Notes under the pieces: generated by a model
The model's database searches: none
What the model was told of the DNA's origin: nothing
The model's input: only the letters and a program-made list of their open reading frames with translations
NCBI RefSeq assembly: GCF_020745735.1
Contig: NC_083410.1
Coordinates: 3,818,117 to 3,882,116, forward strand
DNA: 64,000 nt
From: Hemiscyllium ocellatum
Taxonomy: Eukaryota
Direction: 5' to 3'
Shown: positions 36,223 to 49,417 of the stretch, piece by piece
Position numbering within the stretch: position 1 is the stretch's first letter
How the letters are laid out: each line of letters starts with the position of its first letter
Made by a program: the position numbers and the translations under genes

Positions 36223-37705
36223 TTGTTCCCCCAAAGCTCGACAATAACTCCTTTAGCTCTGTGTTCGGTCAGAGGAGGGGCTGGTTCAGGGTCACTGAAT
36301 GGCCATTCCTTTGACCTGGGTTTTTCAATCTGTCCTTGAGAGTATTGATGTTGGTCTGATTATACCCACCTTATTGCAGTTAAATAAATTGCTTACAGCA
36401 TTTGGAGACAGTTTAAAATAAAGTTAATCGAAAATATTTGTTATGTGGAAAAGAGAGAGATCCCATCTGAATATTGATAATTAAGAAGAAAACACAATTG
36501 TTATTTTCAATGAAAAATATAACTAGGGGCTCAGTGTTATATAGTTACAGACAGAGAACAATGCACAGAGATAATAACCCTGTCTATTTGCAGAGATTGT
36601 GAGGAACTGTCACCCATTGCAGTGTGGACCATGTGATCTACAACATAACATCCCAACAACACTCAAGAAGCCTCACACCAACCAGGACGAAGCAATTGCA
36701 TGTTTGACATCACATTCACTCCCTCCACCACTGACCCTCAGTAACAGCATGATGTACCTTCTATAAGATGCACTGCAGAATTCACCAAAGGTACTCAGGA
36801 AGCACCTGCCATCCGCTGAACATTTCTGACAAGAAGGACAAGGGCAGCAGGTACATGGGAACACCATCCCCTGCAAGCTCTCCTCTAAGCCATTAAGAAA
36901 AACAATAAAAAAAGTTAGCCTGAGTTTGTCAGGGAGAAAACATACCTTTAAGCTAACTGTAAATAGAGTGATCCCATTGCTGAAATGTCTAACAGGAGAA
37001 AGAGAAGTGTTAAAACCTATGATCTATAACATGGACACAATGATGGCTTATTTAGATTTTTTTCATGTTTTAACAATATTTACTGGTTATGGGCAAAAGG
37101 GATTTCTCTCCCTGGAACCAAATCCATGTTAGCAGCCTCCTTCATTCATTAACGTCAGCTCAGTGGAAAAATATTTGTCCCTGAAACTGGCGATTTTGGA
37201 TTGAAAGCCGAGTCCTGAGATGCGATTGTACCATCCAGGCTGCTCCCTCAGTGCAGTACAGAGGCAGGGCAGCACTGTCAGCAGGACAGGCTTTTCAATG
37301 AGATGTCAAACTGAAATCCTGTCTTCTTGAGCAGGAAAGTAAATGATCTTTTTGGAAGAAACTGTTTTCCTTAAAAAGTTTGTTAATCTTTGGAATTCTC
37401 TCCACAAAAGAATTGACCATGTCCATCATTGAGAATATTTCAACTTGAAATGGACAGACCCCGGGTCTCTCCAAGAATTTCCGGGATACGATGAACTACT
37501 GGGAAAATGGAATTAGGACAGATTAACCATCAGGATTGTAGCAAATGGTGAAGTAGCTTGAAGGAACTGTCAGCTTTCCACATGCTTCTATTTCTTATGT
37601 TCCTATATTTGAAAGCAGCATCGTTCTCGCAGTGACCTTGTTGTGTTTAAATCAGTTCCTGTTTTTCTGATGAGAGTGACCACACTTCAAAAGCAATCCA
37701 CTCAT

Positions 37706-39698
37706 TAGAACATAGAACACAAAACATTACAGCGCTGTATAGGCCCTTCAGCCCACGATGTTGCATCGACCTGTGAAATCAATCCGAAGCTCAACTAACC
37801 CGCACTATTCCATTTTCATCCCGTATGTTTATCCAGTGACCGTTTAAATGCCCTTAAAGTTGGCAAGTCTACTACTGTGGCAGGGAGGGCACTCCATGCC
37901 CTTATTAGTCTTTGAGTAAAGAAACTACCTCTGACATCCATACCATATCCATCACTCGTAAATTTAAAGCCATGTGCCCACATGCTAGGCATCACCATCT
38001 GAGGAAAAAGACTCTTACTGTTGCCTTATCTAACCCTCTGATTATTTTACACGTCTCCATTAAGTCAACTCTCAACCTTCTTCTCTCTAACGAATACAAC
38101 CTCAAGTCCCTCAGTCTTTCCTTGCAAACAATAACAGGCAACGTCCTAGGAAATCTCCTCTGAACCCTTCCACATCATGCAGTGACCAGGACTGTATTCA
38201 ATACTCCAAGTGCAGCCACACCAGAGTTTTATACAGCTGCAGCATGACCTCATGGCTCCGAAACTCAATCCCTCTATGAATAAAAACTAACACAACATAT
38301 GCATTCCTAACAACTGTATCAACCTGGGTGGCAACTTTCAGGGATCTATGGGCATGGACACTGCTATCTCTCATCTACACGACCAGCAATCTTACTATTA
38401 GCCCATTACTGTTTATTCCTGTTACTCCTTCCAAAGTAAATCACCTCACCCTTTTTGACATTAAACTCCATTTGTCACCTCTAAGCCCAGCTCTACAGCT
38501 CATCTACGTCTCTCTGCAACCTCCAACATTCTTCAGCACTATGCACCGGCCTTGGTGTCATCTACAAATTTACTAACCCATCCTTCTACACCTTCTTCCA
38601 GGTCATTTATAAAAATGACAAACAACTGTGACACCAAAACAGACCCTTGCGATACACCACTAGTACCTGAACTCCAGGTTGAACATTTCCCATCAACCAC
38701 CACCCATTGTCTTATTTCTGATCCAAACTACTAAATCACCCTCAATCCCATGCCTCCGTATTTTGTGCAATAGACTACTAAGGGGATCCTTATCAAAGGC
38801 TTTACTGAAATCCATATACACCACAACTACCCCTTTACCCTCATCCACCTGTTTGGTCACCATCTCAAAGAACTTAGTAAGGTTTATGAGGCATGACCTA
38901 ACCTTCACAAAACCATGTTAACTCTCCCTGTTCAATTTATTCCTCAGTAGATGATGATGCATAATATCTCTTATAACCTTTTCCGAAACTTTACCCACAA
39001 CTGTGGGTAATATAGACAAACCCTGTTGTTGTTTCAGGGGTCCTATTCTCTTTTCGTTGTCCTTTTGCTCTGAATGTACTTGTGGAGTCTCTTTGGATTA
39101 TCCTGACCCACATTAGCTAAAGCTGTCTCCCCTTGTTGCTTTCCTGATTTCCCTCTTAAGAATCCCCCTATTCCCTTTATACTCTTCAAGAGACTCACAT
39201 GGTTCCAGTTATCTATACCTGACATATGCTTCCTTCATTTTCTTGACCAGAGCCTCAACATCTCAAGTCATCCAGTGTTCCCTACACCTCCCAGCTTTAC
39301 CCTTCACTCTAACAGGAATATATTGTCTCCGAACTCTCATTATCACATTTTTGACAGTTTCCCACTTGCCAGTGATCCCTTTGCCTGTTGCCAATCTACC
39401 CCAATAACCTTTCTAAGACTGTCACCATTGATCACACTCCAATTTAGTAAATTAACTTTTAGACAAGACCTATCCTCTTTCTTAACTATTCTTCAGCTAA
39501 TAGAGTTATGATCACTGGTCCCAAAACGGTCCCCCACTAACACTTCAGACAGTTGTCCTGTCATATTTCCCAAGAGAAAGTCATGATTTGATTATTTTCC
39601 AGTGGGCTCATCTACATATTGATAAAGAAACTTTTCTTGAACACATTAAACACATTCCTAACAAAAACAGGAATTGTTGGAAAAGCTCAGTAGATCCT
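37706..39698 (-). mobile_element. Decayed CR1 ORF2
   Basis: agaacatagaac tail; SCLINLTKFFE..VVYMDFSKAFDK motif; upstream ORF2 remnants run up to the assembly gap. Confidence 0.8.
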
Positions 39699-41510
39699 NN
39701 NNNNNNNNNNNNNNNNNNNNNNNNNNNNNNNNNNNNNNNNNNNNNNNNNNNNNNNNNNNNNNNNNNNNNNNNNNNNNNNNNNNNNNNNNNNNNNNNNNNN
39801 NNNNNNNNNNNNNNNNNNNNNNNNNNNNNNNNNNNNNNNNNNNNNNNNNNNNNNNNNNNNNNNNNNNNNNNNNNNNNNNNNNNNNNNNNNNNNNNNNNNN
39901 NNNNNNNNNNNNNNNNNNNNNNNNNNNNNNNNNNNNNNNNNNNNNNNNNNNNNNNNNNNNNNNNNNNNNNNNNNNNNNNNNNNNNNNNNNNNNNNCTTCC
40001 TTCCCTTTCTGCCTTCCTTTCCTTTCTTCCTTCCTTTCCTTTCTTCCTACAATTCCTTTCTTCCTTCCCTTTCTTCCTTCCTTCCCTTTCTTCCTTCCTT
40101 TCCTTTCTTGCTTTCCNNNNNNNNNNNNNNNNNNNNNNNNNNNNNNNNNNNNNNNNNNNNNNNNNNNNNNNNNNNNNNNNNNNNNNNNNNNNNNNNNNNN
40201 NNNNNNNNNNNNNNNNNNNNNNNNNNNNNNNNNNNNNNNNNNNNNNNNNNNNNNNNNNNNNNNNNNNNNNNNNNNNNNNNNNNNNNNNNNNNNNNNNNNN
40301 NNNNNNNNNNNNNNNNNNNNNNNNNNNNNNNNNNNNNNNNNNNNNNNNNNNNNNNNNNNNNNNNNNNNNNNNNNNNNNNNNNNNNNNNNNNNNNNNNNNN
40401 NNNNNNNNNNNNNNNNNNNNNNNNNNNNNNNNNNNNNNNNNNNNNNNNNNNNNNNNNNNNNNNNNNNNNNNNNNNNNNNNNNNNNNNNNNNNNNNNNNNN
40501 NNNNNNNNNNNNNNNNNNNNNNNNNNNNNNNNNNNNNNNNNNNNNNNNNNNNNNNNNNCTTCCTTTCATCCATCCTTTTCTCCTTCCTATCTTTTCTTCC
40601 TTCCTTTCCTTTCCTCCTTCCTTTCCTTTCTTCCTTCCTTTCCTCCATCCTTTCCTCCTTCCTTTCCTTTCCTCCTTCCTTTTCTTTCTTCCTTCATTCC
40701 NNNNNNNNNNNNNNNNNNNNNNNNNNNNNNNNNNNNNNNNNNNNNNNNNNNNNNNNNNNNNNNNNNNNNNNNNNNNNNNNNNNNNNNNNNNNNNNNNNNN
40801 NNNNNNNNNNNNNNNNNNNNNNNNNNNNNNNNNNNNNNNNNNNNNNNNNNNNNNNNNNNNNNNNNNNNNNNNNNNNNNNNNNNNNNNNNNNNNNNNNNNN
40901 NNNNNNCCTTCCTTTGTTTCCTTNNNNNNNNNNNNNNNNNNNNNNNNNNNNNNNNNNNNNNNNNNNNNNNNNNNNNNNNNNNNNNNNNNNNNNNNNNNNN
41001 NNNNNNNNNNNNNNNNNNNNNNNNNNNNNNNNNNNNNNNNNNNNNNNNNNNNNNNNNNNNNNNNNNNNNNNNNNNNNNNNNNNNNNNNNNNNNNNNNNNN
41101 NNNNNNNNNNNNNNNNNNNNNNNNNNNNNNNNNNNNNNNNNNNNNNNNNNNNNNNNNNNNNNNNNNNNNNNNNNNNNNNNNNNNNNNNNNNNNTTTCTTC
41201 CTTCTCTTTCTTCCTTCCCTTTCTTCCTTCCTTTCCTTTCTTCCTTCCCTTTCTTCCTTCCGTCCCTTTCTTCCTTCTTTTTCTTCCTTCCTTCCCTTTC
41301 TTTCTCCCTTCCCTTTTTTCCTTCCTTTCCTTTCTTTCTTCCCTTNNNNNNNNNNNNNNNNNNNNNNNNNNNNNNNNNNNNNNNNNNNNNNNNNNNNNNN
41401 NNNNNNNNNNNNNNNNNNNNNNNNNNNNNNNNNNNNNNNNNNNNNNNNNNNNNNNNNNNNNNNNNNNNNNNNNNNNNNNNNNNNNNNNNNNNNNNNNNNN
41501 NNNNNNNNNA
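39699..41510. repeat. TTCC/TTTC-rich pyrimidine microsatellite, mostly assembly gap
   Basis: All sequenced islands between the N runs are almost purely C/T. Confidence 0.9.
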
Positions 41511-41699
41511 GCTGGTCCAGGGACAGTCCCCTTCCTGTCACACCTCTTCAAGGAGGAGAGTCCTTGCACGTGCACACACTCGCACTGATCCAGCTCTCGA
41601 AAGGAAACACCCGAATGGTCAGTGACCATCAGTGCCCTTCACATCAAAGGACAATGTTAATCTCCTATTTATATCTGTCAGCCAGGGTTTCTTGATTAG

Positions 41700-44600
41700 A
41701 CCAGATTAGCAGCCCCAATCAGGGAACTCATATTTCATGAGGTCTACCTGGCTGACCTCGTTACAATCCCCACACACTGCCCCACCATTAAGTGTATAGG
41801 TCCTGGCCTGGTTTGCCTGACCAATATACAACACCTCGTGTTTGTCTAAATTGAACTCCATCTGCAAATCCTTGGCCCATTGACCCATCTGATCAAGATC
41901 CCATTGGACTCAAAGATAACCATCTTCACTGTCCAATGTAACATCTATTTTGGTGTTATCTGCAAACTTACTAACCATACCTCCGACACCCACATCCGAA
42001 TCATTTATATAAATGATGAAAAGCAGTGGATCCAGCATCAATCGTTGTGGTACATTGCTGGTTACAGGCCTTCAGTCTGTAAAGCATCCCTCCACCACCT
42101 TCCTCTGTCCCCACCCTTCCAACCAAGTTTGTATGCAATTTTCAAGCTCCACCAGATCCCATGTGATCTAACTTTACTGACCAATCTACCAATTGGATTC
42201 TTCCTCAGAATGAGCTGTCTGTGAATTTATTCTATTCAAGGTCTGCTCTCTGATCGTCAATGAGAGACATCATCACAAATCCTCCATCTGAATTATCTTC
42301 ACCTTCCAGGAGAGTTCCAGTTACCCTTTCATTTGCTTGTGCTGTCATATTGGCCCTTTCTGACGGATTTTATCTACTCATTGTTTTGGTTCCCACACAT
42401 GATGGTTACTCCCAGAAACCTGTTCCTGGAAGTGTTCTGTTTCTTGAACATAAGAACCAGGAGCAGGAGTAGGCTGTCTGGCCCTGAGAAGCCTGCTCCG
42501 CCATTCAATAAGATCATGGCTGTCTTTTCATTTCCTCAGCTCCACTTACCCGTCCTTTCACCATATTTCCTTTACTGACCAAAACGATATCCATCTTAGC
42601 TTTAAAAACATTCAATGAGGAAGTCTCAACTCCTACACTGGGCAGGGAATTCCATAGATTGCCAACCCTCTGAGTGAAGAAGTCCCTTGTCAATTCAGTC
42701 CAAACTCTGCTCCCCCTTATTTTGAGGCTATGCCCTCTTGTCCTAGTTTCAACCGCTGATGGAAACATCCTCTCTACTTCTATTCCATTTTCTTCATAAT
42801 TTTATGTTTCTGTAAGATTTCCCCCTCATTTTTCTAAATTGCAATGAATATAATCTCAGTCTACTCAGTCTCTCCTCAAAAGCCAACCCCCTCAATTCCA
42901 GAATCAATCTAGTGACCCTCCTCTTGTCCCAGTACATCCTTTAACCCTCCTTTGGACATTTTACATTTGTGGGTGAAGCTGCGAGCTTTCGTCTAGCCAA
43001 GCCATTTCTGTGTGTGCATGCATGCGCGGGAGTTGGGAAGGGGCAGGTGGGAGGGGTGATGGGAAATTGTTTGTGGGAATTGTTAGAGGATATTGAAGGG
43101 AAATGTGGGATTGATCCAAGGGATTTACAGAGACATGAATAACATCAAGGAGAGTTGGGCAGTGAGGGGGAGAATGGAGCGTGAGGTGACACCAATGAAA
43201 AGGACCATATTCCAGGGATAAATGTTAGGAACAGAAATGTTGAGGAACAGACTAATGAAGATGATTATTCATGATAAATATTCTGCCAACCCTTTCCAGA
43301 TTTGGTGAAAAGGAATATGCCAATATTCCAGGGTACATGATGGATGGCAGGATTGGGTCCCAGGCTGATGTATTTGTATCATCGCTCGCCACGGGTGAGG
43401 TTCTGGAAGACTGGAGGGTAGCAAATGTTGTGTCCTTATTCACGAAGGGCTTCAAAGAGTGACCTGGGAACTGTACACCATTTAAGCCTAACATCTATGC
43501 TTGGCCAGTTACCTAGGAAGATATAAGACAGGGTTTGATTAGGAATGATCAGCATAAGTTTGTGCATGGGAGATCATGCCTTACAAATTTATTAGAATTC
43601 TTTAACAAAGTGATCAGAAAGCTTGGTGAGGGCAGGGTGGTCGATGTAGTCTATATGATTTCAGTCAGGCCTTCAATAAGGTTCCTCATGATAGGCTTAT
43701 CAGGAAGGTTAAATGGCATGGAATTCAAGGAGAATGGGCAAACTGGATCCACAGTTGGCTTAATGTTAGGAAACAGAGCATAATAAAGAACAGATGTTTG
43801 TCAGCCTGGAGGCCTGTGACTAGTGGTGTGCCTCAGGGGTCAGTGTTAGGCCCATTGATGTTTGTAATCTATATCAATGATTTAGATGAGAATGTACAAG
43901 GTGTGTTTAGTAAGTTTGCAGATGACAATTCAGGTGTACGGTTCTCTGAAAAGAGTCACAATAGACAGGGCAGTGAAAAAGACTTTTGGCACACAGGCCT
44001 TCATCAGTCAGAGCATAGAGTACAGATGGTGGGAAGATCTGTTGCAGTTGTACAGGATGTTGGTGAGGCCGCACTTGGAGTATTATGTTTAGTTTTGGTC
44101 ACCTTACTATAGGAATGATATTATTAAATTGGAAAGAGTGTAGAACAATTTTACAGGAATGTTGTCATGAATCAAGGGACTGAGTTATAGGGTGAGGTTG
44201 GACAAGGTGGGAGATTTTTCTTTAGAGTGTAGGAGACTGAGGAGGGATTCATGAATATTTTGTTGGCATGGACCAGTTTGGTCTGAAGGAATTGTTTCCC
44301 TGCTATGGGACTTTGTGACCCAATGACTCTATAACTGGTTTGGGCAAAGTGATTGGAAGCTGGTGTATGTCATGTGTGTATGAGAAGCTGGATCGAGGTC
44401 TCTGAGCAGGACTCAGCGTCAGTTAGTAATCAGGCAATAAGCAGTGCTAGTGAATACTCAAGGATTCTATGTACATGGCAGTGAAACAATTATGATGATT
44501 CCGGGTCAGGATCTGAGGAGAACAGTGTCTGTCTGATCATGAGAATAGATATCATAAGATAAGTCATTAAAATACAAGAATAAATGTAGGCCAATTGGCC

Positions 44601-45240
44601 CATCTAGCCTACTCCACCTTTCAATAAGATCATGGCTGATATGGTAACCCTCAAGCCCATTTTCCTGCCTTTCCCATGACCTTTGACTCTATCATTAATT
44701 AAACATTTGCCTCTCTTGGTCTTGAATATCCTGAATGACCCAGCCATGACAGCCCTCTGTAGTAAAGAATTCCACAGATTCACAAGCTTCTGAGAGAAAG
44801 AAATTCCTCCTTGTCTCTGTTTGAAGCGTGTGACTCAGTATTCTGAGATTACACCCTCGAGTCCAAGTTTCTTCCACAAGTGGAAACTATCTCTCTGCTT
44901 CGATCCTGTATCACTTCTTCAATATCTTATATGCCTCACTAAGTTCTTCTCACATTCTGCTAAACCCAGATGAGTACAGATCCAACCAACTCACCATCTC
45001 TTCATAAGAATATCCCTCCACACCCAGTATCAACCGAGTGAACCTTCTCTGGACTGCCTCCAATGTCAGTGTATTTTCCCACAGATAAGGGGCCCACAGC
45101 TAAGGTCTAACTAGTGCCTTGTATACTTGTAGCAAAGTCTCCCTATTTTTAAAGATATAGGCCAACATTCATCTTCCCTCCTTACTCCCTGTTGATCTTG
45201 GATGCTAGCTCTCGGTGATTCATACACATTCTCCAATCCT
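41700..45240. mobile_element. Patchwork of CR1 fragments in both orientations
   Basis: Minus-strand 3' pieces at about 41700-42180, 42440-42950 and 44570-45240; plus-strand RT pieces at about 43200-44330 (HGRSCLTNLLEFF, GVPQGSVLGPLMF). Confidence 0.75.
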
Positions 45241-46692
45241 CCCAGTCCCTCGGTGTTGGACTGTCCAGCAATCTTTCCCTTCATGGGAGACAATGACCAA
45301 GTGGCATCATCACTAGATTATTAACACACACAAAGGGCATGTTCTGAGACTCCATATTCAAATCCCTCCATGGAAAAGTTGAATTCCTTAAAAAACCTGG
45401 AATCAAACCTCTAATGATGACCATGAAACGAGTGTGAGGGAAACACCCATCTGGTTTACTGCCATCCTTACTGGGTTAGCCTACATGGGACTCCAGAGCA
45501 ACAGCAAAGAACCCACAGATTCTTAACTGCACCCTGAGCAATTACGGATGGGTAATAAATGCCGGCTTAGCCAGCAATGTTCACATCTTGAATGAAGAAA
45601 TAAAATCGTGTTCTTCATGTTGAAGTACATGAACTTGTATTCCCCACAATACATTTCATGTGCCAACATTGTGCCCACTCACTGAACCTGTCTATAACCC
45701 TGTGCAGACTCTTTGTATCATTCTTACTACTTGCCTTCCCATTTATTTTTGTGCCATACACAAATTTTGCTGCAGTCGATTCACTTTCCTCATCTATTCA
45801 TTAATATTGATTATCATTAATTGTGGCCCCTACACTGAGCCCTGTGACATTTCACAAATTACAGGTTGTTACTCTGAAAATGTTGCCTTTATTCCAACTA
45901 CTGTCATTGTTTAGTTAACCAATCCTCTGTCCATACTACTTACAACACCAAGGACTCTCAGCTTATTAAGTAGCCTCATGTGGGATATCTTATCAAAAGT
46001 GTTTTGAAAATCCAAATACATGACATCAACTGGATTCCCTTTATCTATCCTCCTTCATACCTCACCAAAGAGTTCCAGTAAAGTTGCCTGGCATTACTTA
46101 TCCTTTGTGATGCCATGCTGACTCTGCTGATTGATGTTATACATTTCTAAACGTTTTGCCGATACCATCAGCATCACCATCATCACTATCATTATTGCCA
46201 TTGCTGGGCGTGAGCTGCCTACTTGAACCATTGCCGTCCATGTCCTGCAGGTAGACTCATGATGCTCTCAGGGAGAGAATTCCAGAATTTTGATCCACCG
46301 ACACTGAATGAATAGCGATATATTTTCAAATCAGAATGGGGAGTGGCTTGGAAGGGATCTTGCAGGGGTAGTGTATCTGCAGCATTTGTAATTCCAGATG
46401 GAAGTGAATGTAGGTTTGATCATGCTGCAGAAGAAATGGCTAAAATTTCAATGAGATTTTCAACAGAGTTGACAAATATTATTTAACATTCTATATATTT
46501 AATTATTTCTGTTTCTGTTGATGGATTTTGTTTGATCTGAATCGGTTACAACTGCAGCTCAATGATTCCGTGTTCTCTCTTGTTCCCTCTGTTAATTCAA
46601 GACTCCTTCCACCCTGTCAGATCCTTTCAATACGGCAGTACAGAGAATCTGTTGTTGTGGGAATAAAAGTACTGTTATCTTTTTCTTTAAAG

Positions 46693-47022
46693 GTATCACT
46701 GGTCCAGTGCTTCTCCAGTCTCCGAGCCTGGAACGTGTCACCGAGGGTCACACTGACCGGTTACACCATGAGGAACACCACAGTGCCACACACTGATGTT
46801 TACTGGTACACAGAGCAAATTATGGAGCAGGTTTTAACACATCCTGGAAGAGTCTCCACGCAATGGAGCCAGGTTTCACTGAGCAATTCCAGCATTTCAG
46901 AGACCCTTCCTGTAACAGCTTCATTCTGACCATTACAAACGTGCAGCCCAGTGACACTGGGGTATATTACTGCTCAGTCTGGGGAATGATCTATGGGAGA
47001 GAAAGCCAAATCTTTGTCAACA
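46693..47022 (+). pseudogene. VJ-type V exon pseudogene (V1 paralog)
   Basis: Same acceptor and GTAAGT donor as V1. Deletions of 5 nt (removes the first Cys codon), 9 nt and 1 nt give 330 nt = 345-15, with an early stop in the entry frame. Confidence 0.88.
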
Positions 47023-48579
47023 GTAAGTAGAGTTTACATGACAATCACCCCCAACAATAACCTGTGGGAAATGTGAAGCTTTATCCTGGAGAATGAATTA
47101 TATTAAATCCATTCGACTCACAAGAGTGTCAGTACCATTGGACTGGGTGGGCAGAGTAGGAAGATTGCTCTATGAGGTGTCACATCTGCAGGGGAATCTC
47201 CCAGGGATTGGGAATGAACCACAGGGTGCAAAGGGGTACACCGTGTCTCTCCATTCCAGAGACAATTGGTTCAATCAGGATAAAGGGAACCACTCCACAT
47301 TGAGCATAGGGCAAGAGGAGGGGTTTGTTCTCCATGAAGTCCCACAGCTGAGACTGGGATTGAAGCTGAGATGGTGTCATTATTCTACATTATACTCCAG
47401 CCAACTGAGTCATCTGATTAGGGAAGATTCTGGGAGTATAGTATTCTGGGAATTTCCAACATATTTAGCTCAGCTTCATGTTGAATGTTGCTGAGATTCT
47501 AGCTCCAGTCCCCATCCTGGCTCAAGTAGTTCCTGGGGCTTTCTCTTCTCCTTCTCCCATTGTGGGGGAGTGGGCAGCCAATAGCAGATCAGATGTAGTG
47601 CGGAGAGATGTGAGGATACTCAGATTGGATGGAGAAGTAAGAGCAGTGGAGACAATTTTATTTAAAAGTGCAATTCCAATGGGTGTGCAGGAGCAGTCAG
47701 AGCTGGGAGCTGGGAGTACATTCTTTCACTGAAATAATTCATGAAATGTATAAGAACCACAATTTAAAGTTCTGTAGCAAAATGAAAGTACTGGTTTCAC
47801 CCAATTCACATGAAATTGAAAAAAAATCTGAGATATCAACACATTCTGACTTCTAATGTGATGTCCTTGCTGTACTGGGATGGTCTGTCATTCAGGCTTG
47901 TTTTCAACATACAGGAGGAACTATTTCTGCAGAGCCATGTTACCCTGTCTGTGAATGAATATAAGTTTGAAATTAATGGGATATGGTTTAATTTCTAATA
48001 GAAATACAGTTGTAGATCACATTTTCTGCTTGTTTCAAGAATCTATCTTGCTGATCATAAATGTCATGTTTGAGGTCATTAATCAACCTGCTTTTTTTTA
48101 AAACTTTGGATTGGAGGACAGAAAATAGATAAAATGGCTGTTGATTCAGTGACACATTTAGTAAGGCTTGTGGTTAACTGGGGCTTGATTATCCATGCAC
48201 TCCCCTCATTAGAGTTTAAATACTGATGTGAGGTGGATGGTTTCTGGATAATTTTAATGTCATTTTGCATGGAGTTTGAATTCTGAATGAGTGACTTATG
48301 GTTTTGGTCTTTGTGTGTATGAAAGGATTTAAAGATTAAAATGACAATATTTCTGCAGTGATGATTCATTTTTAAAAAATAAATCAATCTGACAGAAACA
48401 GCTCTTGGAGTGTGAATGGGAAATAGTTTGCACTGGGAAAGATTTTATGAGCAGACAAAGTAAACTGTGAAATCATAAGGTTGCTTAGAGGTTGATGGAA
48501 TTGGATTGTTTTTCAGTTCAAAGAGGCCCCTATTACTTGGAAAGCCTGATTTTTCTAATTCACAGAATCCTGGTGGGTA

Positions 48580-48918
48580 ATTAGATTAGATTAGGTTCCC
48601 TACAGGTCATTTGGTCCAACAAGTCCACACTGATCCTCCAAACAGGAAACCACCGAGACCCATTTCCCTCCCCTATATTTATCCCAGATCCATTTCCCTC
48701 TGACTAATGCACCTAACACTGGGCAATTTAGCATGGCCAATTCACCTAACCTGCACATCTTTGGATTGTGGGAGGAAACTGGAGCACCCGGAACAATCCC
48801 CTGCAGACACAGGGAGAATGTACAACCTCCATACAGACAGCCATTCGAGGCTGGAATCGAACCCAGGTTCCTGGCACTGTGAGGCAGCAGTGGTAACCAC
48901 TAAAGCCACCATGCCACC
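48580..48918 (-). mobile_element. HE1/V-SINE-like SINE
   Basis: Homologous to 7659-7977, with the same head, core and aatct tail. Confidence 0.8.
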
Positions 48919-49417
48919 CAAAATTTGCTTAAATTTTTAAAACATTTTCTCTTGATGAATGGTAACATTTTTGAATAGAATTAGGGGACCTCAGAGTAAG
49001 CAGTCTATTTTGAGAATTGCACCCTGAAAATGCCACATTTATCCCCAACTCCCTGCCATTGTTTAGTCAGTAAATCCTCTGTCCTTACTACCTGCAGCGT
49101 TAAAGACTTTCATTGCATTAAATAGCTTAATGTGTGGTACCTTATCAAAAGCACTTATTTATATTTAAATACATTATCAACTGGACCCCCTTTATCTATC
49201 CTGCTTCTTAACTCATTAAAGTTTTCCAATAAATTTGTCTGATACTATTTATCCTTCATGACACCATATTGACTCTGCTGAGTCATACCAGATATTTCTA
49301 CATGTTCTGCCTATACCACCATCATCATCATCACTATTATCATCATTATTATCAGCATTTTAATTATTATTAATATTAATGTTGCTATCACTTGTGGTGA
49401 GCTGCCTTCTTGAACAG

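Noticed and set aside
39588-41695. Very long ORFs (311-673 aa) in the ORF track
   Set aside because: Artefacts of N gaps and TTCC repeats.
42310-42410. Hydrophobic ORF segment (TLSFACAVILALSDGFYLLIVLV) as a candidate activating-type TM exon
   Set aside because: The acceptor gives phase 2 rather than 1, there is no similarity to the real TM exon, and it precedes rather than follows the V exons.
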